A stretch of DNA of 64,000 nucleotides, taken from an uncultured Candidatus Binatia bacterium (GTDB lineage Bacteria; Desulfobacterota; Binatia; UBA9968; JAJDTQ01). Position 1 is the stretch's first letter; every line of letters starts with the position of its first letter. The stretch covers positions 1,632,001-1,696,000 of the forward strand of contig OZ243916.1 in NCBI GenBank assembly GCA_965213675.1, given 5' to 3'. The notes beneath the pieces were generated by a model that was not told where the DNA came from, made no database searches, and worked only from the letters and a program-made list of their open reading frames with translations. A program made the translations under genes and the position numbers. Shown in pieces: positions 38,217-47,601 of this stretch.

Positions 38217-40964
38217 CTACACCCGCTCCACGCGCGCGGCGCAGAACTTGTACTCCGGGATTTTTCCATAGGGATCGAGCGCCGGGTTGGTCAGCAGGTT
38301 CACGGCCGCCTCGGCAAAACAGAACGGAATGAAGACGCAGCCCTCGGGGACGGCGCTGTCGGCGCGCGCCTTGATGTCGATGACGCCGCGGCGGGTGGCG
38401 ACGCGCACGAGGTCGCCGGCGGCGACGCCGAGACGGCGCAGTTCCGCGGGGGAGAGGCTCGCCACTGCCTCGGGCTCCAGCTCGTCGAGCACGCTGGCGC
38501 GCCTCGTGATGGCGCCGGTGTGCCAGTGCTCCAGTTGGCGGCCGGTGCTGAGGATCATGGGGAACAACGCGTCGGGCTGTTCCGCGGGCGGGATGATGTC
38601 CACGGGCACCAGCCTGCCCCGGTGGCTGGCGGTGGGGAAACCCTCGGCGAACACGATGTCGGTTCCGGGCTGGTCCGGCGCCGGGCATGGATAGGTGACG
38701 GAGCTTTCCCGATCCACCCGCTCCCAGGTGATGTGCTGGAGGGAAGGCATGACCTGCTTCATCTCCGCGAAGACATCCGCCGGGCCGGAGTAGTTCCAGT
38801 CGAGGCCCATGCGCCGCGCGATCTCCTGGATGATCCACCAGTCCTGCCGGACGCCGTCCGGGGGCGCCAGCGCGGCGCGCCCCATCTGCACCTGACGGTT
38901 GCTGTTGGTGACGGTGCCGTTCTTCTCGGGCCACGCCGAGGCGGGCAGCACCACGTCGGCGTGAAACGCCGTTTCGGTGAGGAAGATCTCCTGCACCACC
39001 AAGTGCTCCAGCCGGGCCAACGCCTCGCGCGCATGCTGCACGTCGGGGTCCGACATGGCCGGGTTCTCGCCCATGATGTACATGCCCTTGATCCGCCCGG
39101 CATGCACCGCGTCCACGATCTCCATCACGGTGAGGCCCCGTTGCGGATCCAGCGCCGTCTTCCAGACATCCTCGAAACTGCGGCGCACGGCATCCTGCTC
39201 CACCGAGCGGTAGTCGGGGTAGAACATGGGGATGAGGCCGGCGTCGGAGGCGCCCTGCACGTTGTTCTGGCCGCGCAGCGGATGAAGGCCCGTGCCGGGC
39301 CGCCCCACCTGTCCGGTCACCAGGGCCAACGCGATGAGGCAGCGCGCGTTGTCGGTGCCGTGAATGTGTTGCGAGATGCCCATGCCCCAGAAGATGATCG
39401 CGGCCCGGGCGCGGGCGTACAGCCGCGCCACCGCGCGCAGCGTGCCAGCGTCGATGCCGCACACCTCCGCCATGGCCTCGGGCGTGAACTCCGCCACGTG
39501 CCGCTTCAGTTCCTCGAAGCCTTCCGTGTGGGCCGCCACGTAGTCGTGGTCGTAGAGATCTTCCTGAATGATGACGTGGAGCAGCGCGTTGAGCAGCGCC
39601 ACGTCCGTGCCGGGCCTGAACTGGAGCATGCGGGTGGCGTGGCGCCGCAGCGCCTGACCGCGCGGGTCCATCACGATCAGCTCGGCTCCGCGCCGGGCGG
39701 CCTGCTTGAAGTAGGTGGCCGCCACCGGGTGGTTCTCCGTCGGGTTGGCGCCGATGACGACGACCACGTCCGCGTCCTCGCAGGCGGTGAAGGGCGCAGT
39801 CACCGCGGCCGAGCCGATGCCCTCCATGAGCGCCGCCACCGAGGACGCGTGGCACAGCCGCGTGCAGTGGTCCACGTTGTTGGTGCCGAAGCCCGCGCGC
39901 ACGAGCTTTTGCACCAGGTAGGCCTCTTCGTTGGAACCCTTGGCCGAGCCGTAGGCCCCCAAGGCGGCGCCGCCGTCGCGCTCCCGGATCTTCCGAAGCC
40001 CCGCGGCGGCCAGGTCCAGCGCTTCGTCCCAGGCGGCCTCGCGGAAATGCGTGTACGGGTTGGCCGGGTCGATGTCCGCCGACGCGTCCTTGAGCGCGCC
40101 GGCGCGGCGGATCAGCGGCACGGTGAGCCGATGCGGGTGGGTCACATAATCGAATCCGAAGCGCCCCTTGACGCACAGCCGCCCGCGGTTGGACGGCCCG
40201 GTGCGGCCGCGCACCGCCACGATGGCGTTGTCCGTAACGCCATAGTCGATCTGGCAGCCCACGCCGCAGTAGGGGCACACGCTGGGCACCTGGGCCAGGT
40301 CGTCGCGCTTGTCCACGCCAGCGGCGTCCACCAGCGAGGCGGGCATGAGCGCGCCGGTGGGACACGCCTGCACGCATTCGCCGCAGGCCACGCAGGTGCT
40401 CTCGCCCATGGGATCGTCGAAATCGAAGACCACCTTGGCGCCGGCGCCGCGGTGGGCCATGCCGATGACGTCGTTCACCTGCACCTCCCGGCAGGCGCGC
40501 ACGCACAGATTGCAGTGGATACAGGCGTCCAGGGCCACGCGCATGGCCGGGTGGCTGGCGTCCGGCGCCGGCGCCGCGCGCGCCGGGAAACGGCTGTCGG
40601 TCACGTCCAACCGCTCGGCCCACTGCCACAGGCGCGAGCCGGCGTCATGGGCCGCCTCCCGGGCGGGCTGGTCCGCCATCAGCAGTTCCATGACCATCCG
40701 GCGCGCGCTCCGGGCGCGCTCGCTGTCCGTGCGCACCTTCATGCCCGGCGCCGGGCGGCGGATGCACGAAGCCGCCAGCACCCGCTCCCCTTCCACCTCC
40801 ACCATGCACGCGCGGCAGTTGCCGTCGGGCCGGTAACCGGGCTGCGGGTCGTAGCACAGGTGCGGCAGCACCGTGCCTTGGCGCTCGGCCGCCTGCCATA
40901 GGGTCTCGCCGGACGCAGCCTCCACTTCGCGGCCGTCAAGCATGAAGCGCACGGGTTCGCTCAC
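38217..40964 (-). CDS. fdhF: Formate dehydrogenase alpha subunit (Cys-type, with N-terminal Fe-S domains)
   Basis: GNCRAC, CIHCNLC, CPYCGVGC, NVDHCTRLCH, LRGQNNVQG. Confidence 0.93.
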   Translation of the reverse strand: MSEPVRFMLDGREVEAASGETLWQAAERQGTVLPHLCYDPQPGYRPDGNCRACMVEVEGERVLAASCIRRPAPGMKVRTDSERARSARRMVMELLMADQPAREAAHDAGSRLWQWAERLDVTDSRFPARAAPAPDASHPAMRVALDACIHCNLCVRACREVQVNDVIGMAHRGAGAKVVFDFDDPMGESTCVACGECVQACPTGALMPASLVDAAGVDKRDDLAQVPSVCPYCGVGCQIDYGVTDNAIVAVRGRTGPSNRGRLCVKGRFGFDYVTHPHRLTVPLIRRAGALKDASADIDPANPYTHFREAAWDEALDLAAAGLRKIRERDGGAALGAYGSAKGSNEEAYLVQKLVRAGFGTNNVDHCTRLCHASSVAALMEGIGSAAVTAPFTACEDADVVVVIGANPTENHPVAATYFKQAARRGAELIVMDPRGQALRRHATRMLQFRPGTDVALLNALLHVIIQEDLYDHDYVAAHTEGFEELKRHVAEFTPEAMAEVCGIDAGTLRAVARLYARARAAIIFWGMGISQHIHGTDNARCLIALALVTGQVGRPGTGLHPLRGQNNVQGASDAGLIPMFYPDYRSVEQDAVRRSFEDVWKTALDPQRGLTVMEIVDAVHAGRIKGMYIMGENPAMSDPDVQHAREALARLEHLVVQEIFLTETAFHADVVLPASAWPEKNGTVTNSNRQVQMGRAALAPPDGVRQDWWIIQEIARRMGLDWNYSGPADVFAEMKQVMPSLQHITWERVDRESSVTYPCPAPDQPGTDIVFAEGFPTASHRGRLVPVDIIPPAEQPDALFPMILSTGRQLEHWHTGAITRRASVLDELEPEAVASLSPAELRRLGVAAGDLVRVATRRGVIDIKARADSAVPEGCVFIPFCFAEAAVNLLTNPALDPYGKIPEYKFCAARVERV

Positions 40965-41038
40965 CGCAGTTCCTCCCGATGATCGCGCGGGGCGTTGTCC
41001 GTGCGCTCCATGGCGTGGTCGCGGTTGTGTCCGCTCAC
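40961..41038 (-). CDS. Possible 25-aa coupling mini-ORF between the FDH subunits
   Basis: GTGA overlap at both ends, each preceded by GGGAGGA. Confidence 0.35.
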   Translation of the reverse strand: MSGHNRDHAMERTDNAPRDHREELR

Positions 41039-42738
41039 GACAACTCCTCCCGGAAATAGCGCCAGGCGCAGCGCACCGAGTTGGGCGCCGCCTGCCCCAG
41101 GCCGCAGATGGAGGCGTCGGCCATGGCCGTGCCCAGGGCGTCCAGCAGCGGTTCGTCCCACGCCGGCCGTTCCATGAGCGCCACGGCCTTCTCCGTGCCC
41201 ACGCGGCACGGCGTACACTGGCCGCAACTCTCGTGCTTGAAGAAGCGCATGAGGTTCCGCACCACCGCCTTCACGTCGTCCTGATCGCTCAACACCACCA
41301 CGCCATGGGAGCCGACGAAGCAGCCGTGGGCTTCCAGGGAGCCGAACTGGAGCGGGATGTCCGCCATGGATGCCGGCAGGAGACCGCCCGAAGCGCCCCC
41401 CGGTAGGTAGCCCTTGAAGCGGTGACCGGGCGCCATGCCGCCGCAGTGTCCGTCGATCAGCTCGCGCGCGGTGATGCCGGTGGGCGCGATCTTGACGCCG
41501 GGGTGCGCCACCCGGCCCGACACCGAGTACGCGTGGAGACCCGCCCCGCCGTTGCGGCCCTGGGCGCTGAACCACTCCGGCCCCTTCTCGAGAATGTCCC
41601 GGACCCAGTAAAGCGTTTCGACGTTCTGCACCAGCGTGGGCCGGCCGAAGAGCCCGGTCTCGGCGACGTAGGGCGGCCGGTGCCGCGGCAACCCGCGCTT
41701 GCCCTCGATGCTCTCGATCATGGCCGACTCTTCGCCGCAGATGTAAGCGCCGGCCCCGCGCCGCAGGTGCAGATCCACGTGCGCGGCCATCCCCGCTTCC
41801 CGGAGCCGGGACAACTCCCGGGACAGGATGGCCCGGACCTCGGCGTACTCGTCCCGCAGGTAGACGTAGACGGCCTCGGCCTCCACCGCCCAGGCCGCCA
41901 CCAGCACGCCCTCCAGGAACCGGTGCGGGTCGCTCTCCAGGAAATGGCGGTCCTTGAAGGTGCCCGGCTCGCCCTCGTCCGCGTTGACGGTCATGAGCCG
42001 GGGACCGGGATAGCCGCGCACGATCTGCCACTTGCGCCCGGTGGGGAAGCCGGCGCCGCCGAGACCCCGGAGGCCCGAATCCGTCACCTGCGCCACCACG
42101 TCCTCGCGCGTGCGGCCGCCATCGAGGCAATCCTTCAGGAGCGCGTAGCCGCCTGCCGCGACATAGGCGTCGTAACCCCTGAACGACGGCATCACCGGTT
42201 CGGTCTCCCGATCCCGGGCCAGGGCCGCCACGGACTCCACGGTGGCGCGTTCCACCCAGCGCCGCCCCACCCGGGCCACGGGAGCGCGGTCGCAGCCGCC
42301 CATGCACGGTCCCGGCAGCACGCGCACATCCGGCCCCGTGCTCTCCGGCAGGTCGCGCAGAAGGCCGCGGGCGCCCATCATTTCGCACACCAAGCCGTCG
42401 CACACCCGCACGGTCACGTCCGCGGGCGGCGCCGAAGCGTCCCTGGCCACGTCGAAGTGGGCATAGAAGGTCGCCACCTCGTACACCTCGGCAAGAGCCA
42501 GGCGCATCTCCTCCGCCAGTGCCGCGAGGTGGGCGGCGGACAGAACCTGGTAGCGGTCCTGAATGACGTGCAGGAACTCGATCAAAAGATCCCGGCGCCG
42601 CGGGCGGTCCCCCAGAAGCGCCCGAACCTGTTCCAACGCGTCGGGGTCGACCGGCCGCCCTCTCGGACGATTGCGGCCGCGGCCCCGTCCCGCGCCCGGG
42701 TGCCGGCGTCGCCGCGGCGGTTCATGTTTCTCGGCCAT
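41035..42738 (-). CDS. NAD-dependent FDH beta subunit (NuoE-NuoF-like fusion)
   Basis: EVATFY, LRGLGGAGF, NADEGEPGTFKD, GAGAYICGEES, ESCGQCTPCR. Confidence 0.92.
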   Translation of the reverse strand: MAEKHEPPRRRRHPGAGRGRGRNRPRGRPVDPDALEQVRALLGDRPRRRDLLIEFLHVIQDRYQVLSAAHLAALAEEMRLALAEVYEVATFYAHFDVARDASAPPADVTVRVCDGLVCEMMGARGLLRDLPESTGPDVRVLPGPCMGGCDRAPVARVGRRWVERATVESVAALARDRETEPVMPSFRGYDAYVAAGGYALLKDCLDGGRTREDVVAQVTDSGLRGLGGAGFPTGRKWQIVRGYPGPRLMTVNADEGEPGTFKDRHFLESDPHRFLEGVLVAAWAVEAEAVYVYLRDEYAEVRAILSRELSRLREAGMAAHVDLHLRRGAGAYICGEESAMIESIEGKRGLPRHRPPYVAETGLFGRPTLVQNVETLYWVRDILEKGPEWFSAQGRNGGAGLHAYSVSGRVAHPGVKIAPTGITARELIDGHCGGMAPGHRFKGYLPGGASGGLLPASMADIPLQFGSLEAHGCFVGSHGVVVLSDQDDVKAVVRNLMRFFKHESCGQCTPCRVGTEKAVALMERPAWDEPLLDALGTAMADASICGLGQAAPNSVRCAWRYFREELS

Positions 42739-42789
42739 CTTCTCAGGTTCCCCGATTCGACATCCGTGATCCCCGCGGTCCGCGCTCGC

Positions 42790-42969
42790 TTACCGGCTCT
42801 CCTTTTCAAGGCGTTCGATCAACGCCCTCACCTCGTCGAGCCGTGCGCGCGCTTCCGCCGCCGGCCGCGCCACCTGATCCGCCCCGGCCCCGTCCCGCAC
42901 GGCGTCCTCCAAGGTCGTGACGGCGATACCGAACACCTTCAGCAAGCGGCGCACTTCATCGCTTGGCAT
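42790..42969 (-). CDS. Small hypothetical helical protein
   Basis: AAAGGGGG RBS; MPSDEVRRLLKVFG...; lies within the operon. Confidence 0.55.
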   Translation of the reverse strand: MPSDEVRRLLKVFGIAVTTLEDAVRDGAGADQVARPAAEARARLDEVRALIERLEKESR

Positions 42970-43125
42970 CGAGCCCCCTTTCATATCGGGCAATCTCGGG
43001 CGTGGGTGCCCGGCAGCCGCGACTTTCGAACAGGCCTGCGCTTCCAGGGAACCATGATTCGTGATGCGTCGAGAGTCCTGACACGGGCAGTTCCCCGGGA
43101 AACACGCCATTGGCGGGTGCGCCGG

Positions 43126-44934
43126 TCATAAGGCACACGCGCTCAGCCCCAGCGCCTTGCGCCTGGCCTCGGACACACGCCCGTCCGCATTCCACTGGCG
43201 GGCGTCATAGTAGTCGCGGACCATTGCCCGCAGTTCATCGCGGGTGAGCCGCGTTCCCTGGGCCACGCCCGTGGCCAGGGATTCCGTCAGCACCCGCGGC
43301 GGCAACCCGTCGTCCTCGGGTTGCCAGCCTTCGCGCTCGTTGAAGCAGCGCTTGAGCGTGTGAATGCGCTCCGCCGCGCGCCGCAACTCCGGCGCGCTGT
43401 AATCCCAGCCCGTGACCTTGGCAAGCAGGTCCGCCGCCTCGGCGTAGAAGTCCTCGAAGCACTTGCGCAGGAACTTGCATACGATGAGCGAATCCAGCAT
43501 GGCGGCGTAGTCTTCCGACGCCGCCACCAGAGCGCCCCGGGGCGGGGCGGAGTCGAGACGGTCCACCGCGCCGGAGAAATCCACCTCGTAGGCGCCGGAG
43601 CGGTTGTGGCACGCGCCGCGCGGACTCACCGCCAGCCCCAGGGCCATGGTCTTGAGGCTGCGGGGCTCGTAGCCCGGCAACTCCAGGCCCTTCACCTGCA
43701 TGGCCCAATCCAGGGAGCCATGGCCCAGCGCCTGCGCGGCGCGCCGGGACCCCTCGGCCAGAAGCTCACCCACGCCCCGGCGTTCCGCGATGGCCGGTAT
43801 CGCATCCAGCACCGCCTCCGCCGCGCCAAAGCGCAGCCCGCCGGCCTCGGGCAGCAGCCCACGCTCCGCGCATTCCATGGCCCAGGCCAGCGTGCCACCG
43901 GTGCTGATACTGTCGAGCCCGTACGCGTCGCACAGCCGGGCCGCCTCCAGCACCGCTTCCCGATCCTCGAGGCCGCACAACGGCCCCAAGGCGAACAGCG
44001 TCTCGTATTCCATACGCTGCTCGCCGCCCGCCGACGCCTTGAACAGCCGCTCGCAACGAATGGTGCACGACGCACAGCCGTTGCGCCGGCTGAAGCTGGT
44101 CTCGGTCAGGCTTTCGCCGCTCAACTCGTCGGCCGCGCCGAAGGTGGGCTGCTGGAAGTTGCGCGCGGGTAGCGCGCCGAGCCGGTCGAACACCGCGAGG
44201 TTGGCCACGGTGCCGACTTCACGGTACTTGGCCGTATGGCTCCCCAGGCTCCGTTGCCGCAGGACGGCGGCCGTGGCGGCCACGCCTTCGGGGTCCGCCA
44301 CTTCAACCCTCCGGTCGCCGCTCAGCGCAATAGCCTTGAGGTTCTTGGAACCCATGACCGCGCCCACGCCGCCCCGGCCGGCGTGCCGGCCCTCGTTGCT
44401 GATGGTGGCGAAGCGCACGAGGTTCTCCCCCGCCGGCCCCACCGCCGCCACCCGCGCCCCGGCGCCCCCCGGTTCCGCCCGCACCGCGGTCTCCGCGTCG
44501 GCGGCGCTTCGCCCCCAGAGATGGCGCGCATCGCGCAACTCCACGCCACCGTCACGGACCCACAGGTACACGGGCTCCGGCGCCCGCCCGGTGATCACCA
44601 AGGCGTCCACGCCCACGGCCTTGATGGCCAGCGCGAAAAAGCTCGACGAGAGCGAATCGGCGATGAAACCGGTCAGGGGCGACTTCGTCACCACCGCGTA
44701 CTTGGCCGTGGTGGTGAGCCCGGTGCCCGCCAGCGGAGCGCTGGCCAAGACAAGAGGGTTTTCCGGCGACAGCGGTTCCACGCCCGGCGGCGCGAAGTCG
44801 TAGAGCAGGCTCGTGCCCAGCCCGATGCCGCCGACAAAGGCGCGCAGACGCTCCGCGCCGATCTCACGCCATTGGCCCCGGCCCGTGTCGAGATCCACGT
44901 GCAGGAGCCGATTGTGGAAACCGTGCAACTTCAT
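43126..44934 (-). CDS. aor: Aldehyde:ferredoxin oxidoreductase (tungsten AOR family)
   Basis: KSPLTG, GRGGVGAVMGSKNLKA, EYET, CDAYGLD, RGACH. Confidence 0.92.
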   Translation of the reverse strand: MKLHGFHNRLLHVDLDTGRGQWREIGAERLRAFVGGIGLGTSLLYDFAPPGVEPLSPENPLVLASAPLAGTGLTTTAKYAVVTKSPLTGFIADSLSSSFFALAIKAVGVDALVITGRAPEPVYLWVRDGGVELRDARHLWGRSAADAETAVRAEPGGAGARVAAVGPAGENLVRFATISNEGRHAGRGGVGAVMGSKNLKAIALSGDRRVEVADPEGVAATAAVLRQRSLGSHTAKYREVGTVANLAVFDRLGALPARNFQQPTFGAADELSGESLTETSFSRRNGCASCTIRCERLFKASAGGEQRMEYETLFALGPLCGLEDREAVLEAARLCDAYGLDSISTGGTLAWAMECAERGLLPEAGGLRFGAAEAVLDAIPAIAERRGVGELLAEGSRRAAQALGHGSLDWAMQVKGLELPGYEPRSLKTMALGLAVSPRGACHNRSGAYEVDFSGAVDRLDSAPPRGALVAASEDYAAMLDSLIVCKFLRKCFEDFYAEAADLLAKVTGWDYSAPELRRAAERIHTLKRCFNEREGWQPEDDGLPPRVLTESLATGVAQGTRLTRDELRAMVRDYYDARQWNADGRVSEARRKALGLSACAL

Positions 44935-45842
44935 CCTCCGGCGTCGCTGGACATGAGCAGCACGCGGTCCCCGGGCGCCACGCGGCGGCTGCCGTCGCGC
45001 ACGAAGTCCCGGCCGTTGAGGTTGCACACGTGGCCGGCAGTGAGGCCGCCCGCGCCCTCGGTGAGCACGGGGCCCACCAGCGCCGGCAGCTCTCGCGCCA
45101 GCGCCGCCCATACGTGGGCCAGGGTCGCCGACTCCGGAAGATGCACGGATACCCGGCTGGTGCGGGCGCGCAGCCGCGCGACCCCGAACAGCTCGACCTC
45201 GCAGAGGCCGGCGCCGCTCCCGGCCGCGCCTTCGGACGTCTCGCGCCACCGCGCCAAGGCGCGTTCGTAGTCGTCCGGGGTGTTCATGTTGAAGAAACTC
45301 GAACCGTCGGGATCGAAGGCGCGGACCTCGTCCTCCTCCAGCCTCGCGGTGCGGACCTTGTCGTAAAGGAAGACCGGGCGCAACTCGCCGCGCTCGAGTT
45401 GCCGTTCCAGCAACGGCAGCACCGAGCGCCGGTACACCGCGTGGAGCGGCTGCAGGCGTCCTTCCCAGCGCGGCACCACGACGTCGTGGCCTGGCAACCG
45501 CGCGGCCAGGTGCGCGACCAGGGGGAGACTGAGGAACGGGACATCGCAGGATGTCACGAAGGCGGCGGCGCTCCGGGACGCCTCCAGGCCGTAGCGGATG
45601 CCGCCCACCGGCCCCTGATACGCCACGTCGTCGCGCACCACGGTCGCGGGAAGCTCCGGCAACTCCTGTTCGGGCGCGGCCACCACCACGCGTTCCGGAA
45701 ACAACGGCGTCAGCCCGTTGATCACGCGCGTGATCAACGGTTCCCCGCCAAAGGGAAGCATGGCCTTGGGCCGGCCCATGCGGCTGCTCTTGCCGCCCGC
45801 CAGGATGATGGCCGTACCGACCTTGTCCAGTTCAGCAGTCAT
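44931..45842 (-). CDS. mobA: MobA (Mo/W-cofactor guanylyltransferase) fused to a C-terminal MoaD/ThiS-like domain
   Basis: LAGGKSSRMG, GPVGG, CDVP, FFNMNTPDDY, then VELFG..R...SSDAGG*. Confidence 0.85.
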   Translation of the reverse strand: MTAELDKVGTAIILAGGKSSRMGRPKAMLPFGGEPLITRVINGLTPLFPERVVVAAPEQELPELPATVVRDDVAYQGPVGGIRYGLEASRSAAAFVTSCDVPFLSLPLVAHLAARLPGHDVVVPRWEGRLQPLHAVYRRSVLPLLERQLERGELRPVFLYDKVRTARLEEDEVRAFDPDGSSFFNMNTPDDYERALARWRETSEGAAGSGAGLCEVELFGVARLRARTSRVSVHLPESATLAHVWAALARELPALVGPVLTEGAGGLTAGHVCNLNGRDFVRDGSRRVAPGDRVLLMSSDAGG

Positions 45843-46020
45843 GCGTCCTTCCGCCCGGCGCCTGGCCGAGGCCGGGTAGTCGCCCCTCCACGAGTCATCG
45901 CGCCTTGCGGACTACAGAGAATTCTACGCATCTTATCATGCCAATGAACCAGACAGGACACTGGCGCACGTTCACGTTCCTGCCATGATCGGCGAGCCCG
46001 ACCGAAGACGCAAGAACCGG

Positions 46021-46428
46021 TCAGGTCTGTTGTCCTGTCCGAAGCTCGTGGAGCCCGCCTCCGGCAAGGTAGCCGAGCCAGACGGCTATCAGACACAACG
46101 CGGCCGAGAGGACCACGTTGCCGAGGGCGTACCACAACTGACCCTCGCGCAGGAGTTGCAGCGTCTGCAGGCTGAAAGCGGAGAAGGTCGTGTAGCCGCC
46201 ACAGAAACCCACCATGATGAACGCGCGGGCCTCGGGTCCGGGCGCCCATGGATGGTCGAGGGAGGCGCTCCACGACGACGCCACGCCGATGAGGAACGAG
46301 CCCGCCACATTGACAAGGAGCGTGCCCCAAGGGAATGCCTCGCCCAATTGCCGCGAGACCAGAGCCGCGCACCAATAGCGGCCTACGCCGCCCAAGGCGC
46401 TGCCCAGCGCAATCCACAGAGAGGTCAC
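46021..46428 (-). CDS. crcB: Fluoride channel CrcB/FluC
   Basis: GSALGG..RY, FPWGTLLVNV.GSF, GFCGGYTTFSAF. Confidence 0.93.
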   Translation of the reverse strand: MTSLWIALGSALGGVGRYWCAALVSRQLGEAFPWGTLLVNVAGSFLIGVASSWSASLDHPWAPGPEARAFIMVGFCGGYTTFSAFSLQTLQLLREGQLWYALGNVVLSAALCLIAVWLGYLAGGGLHELRTGQQT

Positions 46429-46566
46429 GTCAGCTCCGATGGACAGTCCCGTTACGTCCCGGGCGGGTGACACGCGAATGCGGACGTCTCCACCAATCCT
46501 CCACCAACCGCCTGCGCGGGGCCCGGGACTCATTCCCCGCGCGGCCGGGACAGCCCGGTGCGCCGT

Positions 46567-46848
46567 TCAGTGGCCGATCATCCAGGGGCGACGCGCGCTC
46601 TGGTGGGCGCCGCCGTGGGCGTGACCGGGCGGCTTTCCGGACACCACTCTGGGTTCATGCGCGCTCTTCTCGTTCCGCTGATGCGCGGTCCGGTTGTTCG
46701 GATCCATGTCGGCGATGAACGGCGCCGTGAGGATGCGCGGAGCGGCCTTCCCGCAGTTCGAGCAAGCCATCGGCTCCGATGACCGGCTCATGCTGGCCCA
46801 TCCGGTGAACGGGCCGCACGCATCGCATTCATAATCATACAACGGCAT
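46567..46848 (-). CDS. fmdB: FmdB zinc-ribbon protein of the formamidase operon
   Basis: MPLYDYECDACG...C..CG...AHQRNEKS...RPWMIGH. Confidence 0.88.
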   Translation of the reverse strand: MPLYDYECDACGPFTGWASMSRSSEPMACSNCGKAAPRILTAPFIADMDPNNRTAHQRNEKSAHEPRVVSGKPPGHAHGGAHQSARRPWMIGH

Positions 46849-46925
46849 GGCGTGATCCTTCCACTTGCCACCGCGTGTGGACGGATGCCGTCCATCCCCG
46901 GCAGGGACGAACGGCATCCGTGGCT

Positions 46926-47441
46926 TCATGCCAGAACGCCTTCCAGCAACAGATAGCCCGGCAACCAGCCGGTCAAGATACCCTGTATCGTGGTGACCGC
47001 GCCGGTCACCTTGGCGATGGGTTTCTGCATCGCGAGCAGCAGGAAGAACATGAACCACAAGACGGCCCACGCTGCCCAGCACAGTCCGAACCAATACCCC
47101 CACAGCGTGCTGGCATTGATCAGCGTGTCCAGCGCTACTGGAACGACGGTGATGGCGACGAAGAGACTGTACCAGCCCAGCCCACGGCCATCGACGTCGT
47201 TGAATCGATTGTAGGCCACCCACAGGTACGTGAAGGTGAAGAGAAGCGTCAGCGCCGCGCCTTTGATCGACGCGGCATCGGCGCCCGGCCCGAAAGCCAT
47301 GAATAAAGCCACCAGCGCCGTGAGACCACCGACGAAGAAATTGATGATGGCGATCTCCCGGTCAGCGATGCGGCCCATCAGCCAGATGCCGTTCAGGAAA
47401 AGAACGGACCCGACGTACAGCAGTGCAAGTCCCAAGAGCAT
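46926..47441 (-). CDS. amiS: AmiS/UreI family amide channel
   Basis: LLYVG.VLFLNG, LLFTFTYLW, DGRGLGWYSLFVA. Confidence 0.92.
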   Translation of the reverse strand: MLLGLALLYVGSVLFLNGIWLMGRIADREIAIINFFVGGLTALVALFMAFGPGADAASIKGAALTLLFTFTYLWVAYNRFNDVDGRGLGWYSLFVAITVVPVALDTLINASTLWGYWFGLCWAAWAVLWFMFFLLLAMQKPIAKVTGAVTTIQGILTGWLPGYLLLEGVLA

Positions 47442-47601
47442 TGTTCAGGCCCTCCGAGGGTCACGGGTTCGCAGCCAGCCAATATTGGGAACGCCGGCTC
47501 CGGGAAAAACCGCGGAGCCGGCGCCCACTTTCTGTCATCCATTGGAATGGGATGACGGGGCGGAGAAGCGGCGCATGCCGTCGCCTTTCCGCCCTGCGTC
47601 G

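Noticed and set aside
39840-39880. Selenocysteine in the FDH alpha subunit
   Set aside because: The active site reads RLCH with a Cys codon and the ORF is uninterrupted.
46430-46566. Fluoride riboswitch upstream of crcB
   Set aside because: I could not find the GGxGATGG...AAACxGC...GCTGATGA consensus by eye.
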